This document shows, one piece after another, positions 1 through 10,766 of a stretch of 61,151 nt of DNA (position 1 is the first letter of the stretch; every line of letters starts with the position of its first letter). Source of the DNA: Rhizaria sp. SCN 62-66. Taxonomy: Eukaryota. A model generated the notes under the pieces. The model ran no database searches. It was given only the letters and a program-made list of their open reading frames with translations, and had not been told where the DNA came from. Where the stretch lies: assembly GCA_001724265.1 (NCBI GenBank), contig MEDY01000295.1:1-61151 (forward strand), read 5' to 3'. The translations under genes and the position numbers were made by a program.

Positions 1-253
1 ATTGAAATGTTGTGCACGAACTAAAACCCAGTTTTACGACATATCCATCAAGATTTCGTCAATAACAGCAAACGGCCCAATTCGCGACCCCCGTGTTAAC
101 CGGCCCCACTCGAACCTGGATGTACGCACAAATCAGTCTGGAAAGCATGTGCTACAAATGACAGCTGATCAAGCAAAAATAGAGATGGAAGGACAGTGGA
201 CCTAAAAAAACTATATGTATGCGCATTGCGTCTTGAATTTCTAAAATATCACG

Positions 254-3200
254 TTATTTCTCTCCCTTGATAATTGTTTCTCTCTTCACCACAGTCTCCA
301 TCAAAGGCCTACCCGCAGTGTCCACGCTACTACCTGAGCCCCCCGTGGTAGCGTCAGTGTCGGCGCCGCCGGTCCGGCCAGGCATGGCCTCAAGCGGCGG
401 CGGCAAATCCGCTCCCGTGCCAGCCTCTACAGCAGCCTCCGCCTCAGCCGCAGCACTCGCAGTCAGTGTCGCGGGCGCAGTCGTCGCGATCGCCCCCGTG
501 ACAGCGCCGGCGACGGAGCCGCTTACGATCGGGCTAGCGGTGGCCGGGGCAGTGCGATTCGCGCTGCCGATCAGAGGGCTCTCCTGGTCTTCATCTCTCA
601 GGCCCAGGCCCAGGCTCCGTCCCCCAAACACAGGTCCGCCGTTGCCGGTGCCGGCGCCGGTGCCGGTGCCGTGGCCGTGGCCGTGGCCGTGGCTGTTGTC
701 GACACTGTCGGCTCCTTGCGGTTGTTGTTGCTGCTGCGTTGGTTGCTGCTGCCGAGACTGGTGCGACTGGGACTGCGGTTGTTGAGCCTGAGCCTGAGCT
801 TGCGCATGTGCTTGCGCCTGCAAGTGGAGATGGAATTGCCATTCCATCTGTTGATGGTCGTACGGCTGCTGCTGCTGGTACTGATACTGCTGGAATTGCT
901 GCTGTTGCGGCTGCTGCTGCTGCGTCTGCGTCTGCGTCTGAGTCTGAGGCGGCGACTGCTGCTGCTGCTGCTGCTGCTGCTGCGGCTGCTGTTGTTGCTG
1001 CTGTTGTTGTTGCTGTTGCTGTGACGGCGATTGCAACGGCGCTGTTTGATACGGCGTATACTGCAACGGAGTCTGCTGTTGCTGTTGCTGCTGCTGCCGC
1101 TGTAAACTGTTGATGAAAATCTGATTGTACGCCACCTGCTGATGGTACGCAGCCACAGCCGCTGCATTCGTCGCGGCACTCGCGCTCGCGTCACTGCCAT
1201 TGCCGTTGTTCGCGTTCACAGCAGACCCGGCCGCAGGCGCTGCAGCTGCACCGACCGTCGCACTGCCGCCGCCGCCACTGCCGCTGCTGCCGCTCGTGTT
1301 GCTGGCGGCGTTGCCCTCAGTCTGCTGCGCCTGCTGCAACTGCTGCATCTGCGGTAGTTGTTGCATTTGCGCGTGATTGTGGCTGAGTGCGTGCGGGTGC
1401 GCAAACGGAGGCTGGTGCTGATACGCAGCTGCAGCCGCCGCAGCCGCAGCCGCCGCGGCCGCAACAGCAATCGCAGGGCTCTTGGCCATTTGTTGTTGTT
1501 GCTGTTGTAGCTGCGGTGTGCGCTGCAGTGGGAGGTTGGTAGCGCGCACGAGGGCTGCCGCCGCGGCCCGCGCCGCCGCCGCCGCCGCCGTGGCCGCCGC
1601 GGCTGCATTGCTAGCAGAGCCTGTATGAATGCCAACAGCGTTGCCAGCGCCAGCGCCAGTGATGTTGACACTCATTGCCGGAGCTGCTGCGGTGGCGGTG
1701 GTTTGAGCTCCTTGCGCCGCCGCAGTGGCCGCAGCAGCCACCATCGCCGCCGAGGCCGCGCTAGCAGCAGCCGGCGCAAGCGGCATTTGCAGACCCGCGG
1801 GAATAGTACTCGGCGTCCCTGTGCCGGCAAGTGCGCTGCCACCGCTAGAGCTGTTGTTGTTGTTGTTGTTGTTGTTGTTGTGGTTGTTACTGTTGCCAGT
1901 AGTGGCGAGGGCAGCGGCGGCGGTCGCGGCTGTGAGGCTACTATTGAGCGGGGGGTTGGGTGTGCGAGGTGTGTGCTGAAACCCGGCGTTGATGAGCCGC
2001 TCAACGACCTTCTCCTTGGGTCCGTAGGGTGAAATGCGGTGCTTCTTGCATAGGTCGCCGAGCTGCCGGAGCGTCAATGCGTGAAGGTAGTGCGTCGTGA
2101 TGCGGCGCGCGCGGGCCGCCTCGGCGTCGCGCTCCGAGACCGCCGTACTGCCGCCGCTAACGCTGGCGCTGGCGCTGCTGCTGCTGGTGCTGAGGATGGG
2201 AAGATGAATGCTGCTGCTACCGTTGCCGCTGGTCACGCCGCCGCTCACTGCAACGCCACCGGGCTTGAAGCCGGCGTTGTTGCTGCTCGTAAGGGCAGCG
2301 TGGCCGTGGACTGACGACACGGTGAGGGGCGCGAGGCCGGGCTGAGCGGGCGGCGGGTGACTGGGCCCGGGGCCGCCGTGGCCTGTGTGGGGGCCTGTGG
2401 GGCCGGATGTCGGCATCGACACCTCGGACACAGCGCCCAACGCATGCCCGTGCCCGTGGGGGTGAGCGTGGTTTGCAGCCATTGCGTGGTTGAGACCGTG
2501 GGGGTGGCCGTGAGCGTGAGTGTGTGGATGCGGCACTAGCGACTGCGGCGGGGGCGGTGGCGGCGGCGGCGGGGGAGCCATCAAGTGACTGTGAGCACCC
2601 ACTGTGTGCAGCTGACCGTGAGAAGCGCCCGCCAAGTGACCGTGGGCAGACGGCAGATGCGCGTACAGGGCAGCAGCAGCCCCAGGCAAGTGGCCGTGGG
2701 CGGCGGTCGCGTGCAATAACCCAGCACTCAACGCGCTCGCATTGAGCGCACTTGCATTGAGCGCGCCCCCAGTCATCCCGGGACCGCCAATAGAGCCGGC
2801 GCCCATAGAGCCGGCGCCTAAAGCAACAGGCGGTCCGTGGCCGTGGCTGTGGCCGTGAAGCGGAGGCATTGGCAGGCCGGCAGCGGCCGCCGCGGCTGCT
2901 GCTGCGACAGCGAGGGCGCTGGCGTCCCCGCCTGCCAAAGGCATTGCAGGCATAGTGCCCAGTGGTGGCGGCGGCGGATGCAGCCCGCCAGTCATGCCGT
3001 GACCGTGGCCGTGAATGTGACTGTGAAGGGGGTGACCGTGAGCCGATCCCATTGCAGAGCCCATCGCTGAGCCCATTGCCAGCGGCGGCGGCGGCGGTCC
3101 CGGTGGCAAAGTGCCGGGCAACGGCATTGAGGCCGGCAGCGCGGAAGTTAGGCCGCCATTGACCGAAGTTAGGCCGCCGAGGTTGAGGTTCATGATTGCA

Positions 3201-5854
3201 GCGACGGTAGCAGCATTGCTGTTGGTCCCAGCGTTACTGGTACTGTTCGCATTACCGTTGCTGTTGTTGTTGCTGTTGCTGTTACTTTCAGCCGCCGTCT
3301 TTGCAGCCCCAGTCGCAGCGCCCCCGGTAATGCCAGCCGCCGCCGCAGCGCCAGTCGCGGCCGTTGCGGCGGGGGCAGCAGTGGCTGCAGCAGTGGCGGC
3401 GGCGACCGCAGCCGGCAGCAGCGGCATGCCAGCCAGCGGCCCCAGCGTGTGCGGCAACGGCGGCGCAGTGCCCGCAGTACCCGTGGTCCCAGGTACCGGC
3501 ACTGCCACAGACACAGCGACTGGGACTGTGGACGCGCCCGAGACCGGCAGGGCTGCTGCCGTGGAGGAGCCAGCGGTTGCGGCCAGCGTGCTGGGATGCG
3601 GCGGCGGCACCACGCCCGGCTGCAGCGGCGGGGGCGGCTGCAACGGCGGTGGCGGCGGGTAGCCGGCTGCTGCGGCCGCGGCGGCGACTGCGGTGGCGGC
3701 GGCAGCGTGCATGGCTGCCATGTGTTGCTGCTGCTGCTCGGGCGTCTGCTGCTGCATCTGTTGTTGGATCTGCGGGTGCAGCTGCGGGTAGAGCAGCATC
3801 GGCGGCATCGGCGGGTAGCTTCCCTGAGGCAACGCGCCCTGAGGCAAAGCTCCTTGTGGAGGCAGTGTGAGGTGGCCGCCCGGGGGCAGCGGCGGTGCCA
3901 GACCGGGCCCAGTCGCAGCAGTCGTAGCCGCATTACTCAACTGCGCTACATTCAGCTGTGCAGCGCTTAGCTGAGCTGCGCTGAGTTGAGCCATGCTGCT
4001 CAGCTGTGCGGCGGTGAACGGAGGCGCCATCGGCAGCACTGCGTTGGGGGGGTCGCTGATGTTGCGACTGCTGGTAACGGTGCTCTCACCAGCGGCATTT
4101 GCGGCAGCGTGGTTGTGGCCGTGCGCAAGCGCGTAAGGGTGTTGCAGCTGCTGCAGTTGTTGCAGCTGCTCTAATGGCATGTGTGCAAACATGTTGACGT
4201 TGCTGTTAATAACGTTGCTGCTCGGATTCGTGTTGACGGGAGCGTTATTGTTGACCGTGACGCTGTTCTGCTCTTGTCCGTTGCGGTTGATTGCGTTGGC
4301 CGCAACAACTGTTGTAGAGGCTTCAGCGGAACCATTCTGCAGCTGCGGCTCTGCATGGGGCTGCGAAAGTGACTGTGAGCGCGAAATAGTGCCGGTGTTA
4401 TTTTCGCTCGCAGCAGTACCCGCGGTACCTGTGGTGCTCACGGTCTCTGGCGTCGGCAGCGGCAGCGACGGCAAATGGCCCTGTCCGTGGCCCTGCGACT
4501 GGAGCGACTGCGAATGCGGCTGTGAAGACTCCGTCTGTGATGACTGTGTCCGTGCATATGACTGTGACGGCGTGATGTGATGGTGATGAGAAGGTGTCGG
4601 CTTCACAGGCCTGAACGACAGCGGCGGCGAATCTGCGTCCGCTGCCGCCGCGGCCGCCGCAGCCGCGGCCGCCGCTGCCGCCACCGCCCCTCCTGGCTGC
4701 GCCTGCGTCTGCGCCTGCGGCTGAGACTGTGAGGGGGTGACCGTAAGCGCTGGCAGCGGCAGCAGTGCGGGCGACGACACGGCGCTGGGCCCGGCTGACC
4801 TGAGCGCGAGCGCGAGCGCGAGTGAAGACGCTGACGCTGACGCTGACGCTGACGCTGACGCTGCAGCTGAGGCTGAGGCTGCAGTGATCAAAGGCGAGGC
4901 AGCGGCTGCGGCGGCTGCGGCTGCGGCGACGGCTGCGGCGGCGGCGGCCACCGATGACGACGACGATGATGCAGTTGTAGTAGCTGTCGTCGGATTCGCA
5001 GCCGGTGGCAGCGAGGGGCCGTGCATCATAGCAGCAGCGCTACGGTTACTCCCCGTCGCGCTGCTGCCGTGCGTAGCGCTGCTGCTGTTGCTCGAGGCAG
5101 CGGCGACGGCGGCGGCCGCAGTACGCGCGGCAACGGCGACGGCGCTGTCACTGTCACTATCATTACCGCAGTCGCTCTCAGCGCTGCTGCTCGCCAGGGG
5201 CCGAAAACGCTTGAGTTCACCACCCTTGGAAGCGTCAACCTCAGTCTCAGCTTCAGCTTCGATCTTTCCGTTGACGTCTGCAGTTGTCGTCGTGTCGCCT
5301 TGCGAATTAGAGTTGTTTGCACCAGGTTCGACTTCACAGATGCTGTTACTCGGCTCCAATGTACGTTTGCGGCTACTCACAGCACTAATCATCGAGTCAC
5401 TCTAACCGTGAGGAATGCTGTGACCGTGGCCGTGACCGTGGGCAGGTGGCAGCGGCGCCAGTGCAACGCTATCCTCCACACTGCCGCGCCTCACCGGCTG
5501 CGTACTGCTGCTCTCACCCACAGTGAGAGTCGAGTTGCCCGCAGCTGCCGTTGCAACGGATACAGGAACCGGTGCTGGTGATGGCGCTATGGTGGCGCTG
5601 TTGACTGTAGGCGCAAGCGGCGGGGAGACTGGGGGCGTCATCAAGGCCGAGAAACCAAACGCGAGCGCAGGGGAGAGTGCACCAGAATGCAAGCGCATCG
5701 CATCAGCACCGGCGCCGCCTGTGATGCCGGCAGAGACCGAGCCAGAGCCAGAGCCAGCGCCAGAGCTCGAGTTGGAGTTGGAGTTGGAGGCTGTGACTGC
5801 GGGGGCTGCGGAGAGCACTGGGGAGCCGGTGCCGGGCGCGCACGCAGGCTGCAT
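254..5854 (-). CDS. Large low-complexity (Ala/Gln/His/Pro-rich) SAP-domain protein, ~1866 aa, with one in-frame TAG at 5402-5404
   Basis: ORFs 5402..5854 and 254..5392 share a frame and are joined by TAG-AGT-GAC-TCG-ATG (HSIPHG*SDSMISAV), with the same composition on both sides. There is no further in-frame ATG before a TGA at 5942-5944. Ends with TAA at 254-256. SAP-like segment YLHALTLRQLGDLCKKHRISPYGPKEKVVERLINA. Confidence 0.85.
885..1100 (-). repeat. CAG/CAA microsatellite tracts encoding poly-Gln
   Basis: Runs of (ctg)n and (ttg)n on the + strand translate as QQQQQ tracts in the SAP gene. Confidence 0.9.
1987..2092 (-). other. SAP domain (helix-extended-helix DNA-binding motif)
   Basis: Pattern L..LT...L...CK...I...G.K..VV.RL fits the SAP consensus; it is the only globular-looking part of the protein. 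Confidence 0.75.
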
Positions 5855-6781
5855 AACCGCCTAGCAAGCGCACAGGCGCGGGGCAGCGCGGCGAGAGCGT
5901 GCGAGGCTAAGCTGAGCGAAGCGGCAAGGGCTTGGTGAAGCTCAGCGGAGCCGCGATGGGCGACAAGGTTGGTGTGAAGCGGGACAGCGTTGTAGCCCCA
6001 GGAAAGAAAGGGAGTGCAATATAAGCGCAATTTCGAGATAAAGAAAAAAGGAAACGCTTTCAAGGCACGTTGGTTATTAGAATGAAGTGTGTTGTCGAGG
6101 TGAGCGCGCGGGGTAAGGTAGGAGTGGTGAGGGAGCAATGGCCAGCGAGTGCAAGCGCAGAGAGGTCGGCATCAAGGGATAACAATAAATTTAAGGCACA
6201 CAATTAAAGTTACCAAAACAAACAAAGCAGTTGAAACCAAAATCATGTTCTGTTCCGCAGCTGACGTTGACAAGCACGTAGGCGAGATCGTTTTTGTGCT
6301 TGTTCGCGGCGCAGCTTTCTCAGCTGGCCGCAGTCCCCCCAAATCGACCACAAGCGTAGTCCACACAGGCAAACACGTCTTCTTCAAGACGTTACTGCTC
6401 TGACCGAGAAACAAGCACGAACATAAGCTTTATTTCCATGGTCTATAAGAGATAAGACAGAATAATTAATTGAGCTTGGAGTCATAGATAGACACTGTAT
6501 TCTGCAAATCGCTCTTGCGAATAAGTAGCCTGAGTATATCAGACAAGCAGCTGGCCCTAAGTTCTATTATATCACAGATGCAAAGCTCCAACTATCAATA
6601 GCAACGTCGTTATCAAAAGAACAACGTTCATAATTATTATTAAATACCACCACACAAGAAGAAAAGCTAAATGCAACTCGAACAACGAACCACAAGAACA
6701 CATGAACCACCAGCTTCCTTATCGCTGTCGTTTTCGCGTTTGCTTTCCTTGCTTGCGTCAGCGCTTGCGCGTCCAGCGCGC

Positions 6782-8616
6782 TCACTTGTTCTCCCAAGGC
6801 TTGCCGAGGTGCGGCACCATGGCATCGAGGTCCTTCTCGCTGGCGCCGGCTGGAATGCCTCCCAGCGCGCCGACGCCGCGCGCGATGTTGTCCCTACGCT
6901 GCTGCCAAGCCATCGCCGTGGGGTCGTTGAACTCCTGGTACGGCGCGCGCAGAACGCCGAAGAACTTGCGCGACGGCGGCAGCAGCGGCGACGGCCACAG
7001 CTCCGTGCGCACGGGCGTGCCAGCGTCGCCCAGCGCACGCTCGGTGGGGTTTTGCAGCAGTTCGTTGCGCCACAGCGGCCGCGGCTGCTGCTGAGACGGC
7101 TCTGGCATCGGAATGAGCTCCATGGTGTTGCTCTCGTGGAAGCGGTTTGGCCGCCGCGTCTGCGCCGCCACGTCGAGGCTGTACCGGTGCGCGCGCCGCT
7201 GGTTCTCGGACCACGTCTTGAGCAGCAGGTCGTCAGGCTCGATGTTGCGGATGCCGGGATGCAGTGGCTGGATGAGCCAGTCCTGCGCGTCGACTTCGAG
7301 CCCCGCGCGCATGCGGAGCCCGCGGACGTACTCGAACTTGCGCAGCGCTTCGCTGGGCACCATGTGCGTGCGGCCCTTCATCAGCTTGTCGAAGTCAGGC
7401 CGTACGTCGTCACGTTGGTCGGGGAACATACGGTAACGAATGCGCTCGTAGTTTTGGATGTATTCGCGCCACATGTTGTTGCGGCCCAGGTACGGCTCCA
7501 TGTTGGTGTAGAAGAGCAGCGACAGGTCGTCGATGTACGTGTGGAAGCTCTTGAGCACCTGTGTTTGTTGTTGAATTTGCAACAGAGAAAACAATAGGAA
7601 GAATCAAAGCAAAACAAAGCAAACACAAAAAGAGTCGAGATACGTGAGATATATCGGGTTGTTATCAAACAGAAAGAAAGGATACGGTACATTTCAGTTT
7701 GGCATAAAAATAACAGCATGCTTGAAATTGTCATATGTTTGTGTAATGCGGCAATATATAGTGCGGTATATCGTGTGTAATTGCAACGTACCGTGCCGAT
7801 GATGAAGAAGGACGCCACAGCCCGCGGCACACGCTGCAGCATCGTGCGTTTGCCGCCCAGCACAGTCATGTTAAGATAAGCCGCGTAGGCGCCGATGCCG
7901 AACGACACGCCGCGCTCGGCGCCGGTCTGCGGCGCGAAGAAGAGCGGAATGGGCATGAACGTGGCCCAGGTGCGCTTGAGTCCGCGCTTGAGGTAGAAAG
8001 GCAGCGTGCGGAACGTGGAGCGGAAGCTGCGGACGAGGTAGTAGATCGAGTACATGCCCTGCGCGCGGCCCGTAGTGGTGATGCCGCGCTGCATCACAAA
8101 GCGTCGCATCCCCACGTGGAAGTTGTTGGCGAAGCCGTACATGAGCCCCCCGATTGTGACCCACGGGAAGAGGTTCCAGAAGGCCTTGTAGTTCATGAGC
8201 GGGCCGAGAGGAAGCATTTGCTCCCACTGGGGCGGCTCCACGCCGCGCGGGACGGGGAACCAGAGCCCGTGCTCGTCGCGGATGCGCGACTCGCCGGGCT
8301 GGATCGGCTCGCGCGGGCGCGGGCGCGAGTGGTCGTGCACGATCTCCTCGATGTCGGGCTTGTTGGGGTCGCGGCGCAGGAGGATGTTGGGGTCGCGCAT
8401 GATCTGCCACGCAACCGGGAAGAAGGACTTGTAGTCGAGTTTGCTCACGTCCACGTCCGCGTACGCGGGGTCTTTGGCGCGCTGTCGCGCGAGCACGTGT
8501 CCGAGCGCGAGGTCGTACTGCGTGCGCACGGCTTCGTCGACGCGCGACGACGGCAGGTCGAGCGAGGCCGCCTCGCCGGGCGGCAGGATGCTCTGCAGGT
8601 ACGCGCGCTTCTCCAT
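6782..8616 (-). CDS. Two-exon orphan protein, ~533 aa (exons 8616-7792 and 7558-6782), possibly membrane-associated
   Basis: Strong C/G third-position bias in both exons, separated by an AT-rich gap with GTACGT...ACAG ends. The phase-0 join gives FFIIGT|VLKSFHTYIDD. Ends with TGA at 6782-6784. Several moderately hydrophobic Gly/aromatic segments. Confidence 0.85.
7559..7791 (-). other. Spliceosomal intron, 233 nt
   Basis: Donor GTACGT, acceptor AAACACAG, AT-rich; removal keeps the frame. Confidence 0.85.
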
Positions 8617-8895
8617 TGGGACCGGGGGCCGGGAACGAGGCGCCAGGAGCGCGGCTGCGGGGAGGCAAAGGGGTGCAGGGAAGTTGTGAAGGGGTGCTGA
8701 GAGAGAGAAGGAAGCTCAACTCTTCACAGTGAGCGCCTGTCTGGGGGAGCGAAAGAGAGACTGGGGTGTGGAAAGGCAAGACGAAGTGTAAGTGACTGAT
8801 AATAAACAAATTACAGAGATTAAGAGCGCTTCTATCAGAAAATTACTATTATTTGATAAAGCAACGTTCGCTATACCACGAAATCGATGCCTCCA

Positions 8896-9037
8896 GACAG
8901 CCCGCTTTTCTGCTGTCGGTCTCTCTTCAGGCGGTCAGTCGGTCTAACAACGGGCCAGTTAATGACTGTGGTCGGCTGACTGAGACTGTTAGCGGTGAGG
9001 CAAGTCAAGCCGCAGACCGGCTGGCCCAGTGAGAGAC
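8896..9037 (+). ncRNA. Candidate structured RNA, family unassigned
   Basis: Nested helices: 8919-8925/9031-9037 (7 bp) and 8933-8945/9014-9026 (13 bp, two G-U) enclose two hairpins; a 5' hairpin gacagc/gctgtc precedes them. The G-U pairs favour the + strand. Confidence 0.35.
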
Positions 9038-9974
9038 GAGAATGCCGTGACTTTGAGGACTTTACCAAAACCTAATACTTCCACGTTCTGGACGTGTTGT
9101 CGGTTTGGGATTGCTTCAAATGGTACGTTGCGCTCTTGTTGTGTATTTGTTTATTTTTGTTTTTTCTCGTGCGGCGCGTTTTGTGTGTCAAATCGCGGAC
9201 GTCGGGAGAAAGCTTGGTTGCTGGGGCGTTCAGTGTGTCCTACTCGGGCGCATTGGGCGACCTCTCGCGCAAGTTAAGGCGAGAGCTCAATTATCACGGC
9301 TTAAATTCGTCCATGCGTACCAACCTACAACGATTGCAGGCCAGAGGGCGAGTGACTTCGGGTCCACGCTGCTGGTTTTGACTTTACTCCATATTCCTAT
9401 TCCTTTCGTAAAGAGGCGTCGTCTCGTTTGCTGACTGGGAATTACCATGGAAGAAACATCCCAAACCACCACAACACTTTTCTTTCTAAGATACTACTGC
9501 TATATTTTGAACACATTTCTTACTCTTTTCTCTGTTTGATCTGTTTTACCTCTTCTATTCTTAGCTCTTTTGAAACACTCCCCACTGGCTCCCGATGTTT
9601 TGAACTCTTGCCTTTCTCGACTGCTCTCGTCTGATTACTGCCCCCAAGAGTCTCTCTTTTGCGAGAGAGCCTTTGCGTCAGCTCAGCTGCTGTAGTCACG
9701 ATAGGGTCACGAGTCTTAAACATCGGTTTGTGACAGCGCTATGAGGGCAATCAAATAATCTATTGCTTGAGGGCCTTTGAGCGCTTGGCTCCCCGAAAAC
9801 GTACGTTTACTTTGCTATCCGCAGTCTTTACTTTTATCGCATAATACTCATCTGCGAGCGTCCTGTCATGAGGCGTATGATCACAATTTTGCGTACATTC
9901 TCGATATTTATCACTTTCTCTTTAAAAAGACCCCACTTTATGTAAACGTTACTTTGCACTCACATTTCCTTATC

Positions 9975-10017
9975 GTTTTTCTCCCCCTGACCTTGTTTTT
10001 CTCCCCCTGACCTTGTT
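9975..10017. repeat. Perfect 20-nt tandem duplication
   Basis: (gtttttctccccctgacctt)x2 followed by gtt. Confidence 0.9.
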
Positions 10018-10766
10018 GCCATCCGCCCATAGTCTGTCTTGCAGCTGCTTAGCTTACGCTTGCTTCTATGTCGGGAAATTCTTTACTTTGCGATGCTAAG
10101 CAACGCTCTTAAGTATCTGCACTTGCCAGTTGATGCTATGCACTTTTGTGTCGTTTCTCGCTTTTCTGATTCTAGAACAATACACACATCTATTCAGATC
10201 ACTACACACGCTTGTTAGATCACTGTCTGGAATTATCACTGTTTGATCAAGTCAAGAGGGTGTACATGCAGATTTCGCTTGTAACCGGACTGTTCGAAGC
10301 GGCGGTGACGTCGATGCAGGAGAGCATAGTGAAGCCATAACACACATATTCCTCCGATAACAAGGATATTTTAACATTCTTGCTGTTTAACAAATCTATT
10401 GTGACAACATTCTATTATTCCACATCTACCAGTGCACTTCTTGGTCTCCACTGAGCATTGAGTCATTGGTCCTTTCACGTTTGTGGTGCTTTGCGTCCAG
10501 TCCTCCTATGAATCTACTTGCCGTACTCGCTCTTTTCCTTCGCTATCATTTTAGCAAAGATGTTTCTGTCATTTCATTTGCTTGATATGACATTCTAATC
10601 TTTTCCATCCTTAATTCCGCTTTATGACAGGTTTTCGCACTACCAGACAAGCGCCAACCTCAACTTGCTCAAACTCCCACTCGCCGCTGTGCTCTTGCTC
10701 TGCTCCAGCTTTTGCCCCGAGCAAAGGTCTGTGCAGCCGACCGCGCACAGCTTGCTTTAAAGCTTA

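Noticed and set aside
2-205. 67-aa ORF at the window edge
   Set aside because: Non-ATG start at the edge, no recognisable features, and it lies in the 3' flank of the SAP gene.
5861-5863. Further in-frame TAG just upstream of the SAP gene ATG
   Set aside because: No upstream in-frame ATG before the TGA at 5942-5944, so it is probably 5' UTR and is not counted.
8895-9066. RNase P/MRP-like motifs on the minus strand (GGTAAAGTCC ... GCGGGCTG) or a hammerhead (CTGACTGA)
   Set aside because: P4 pairing is imperfect, there is too little room for P2/P3, the G-U pairs favour the other strand, and the hammerhead GAAA core is missing.
9520-9723. 67-aa Lys/Glu/Arg-rich ORF
   Set aside because: Short, lacks the host codon bias, and is explained by purine skew on that strand.
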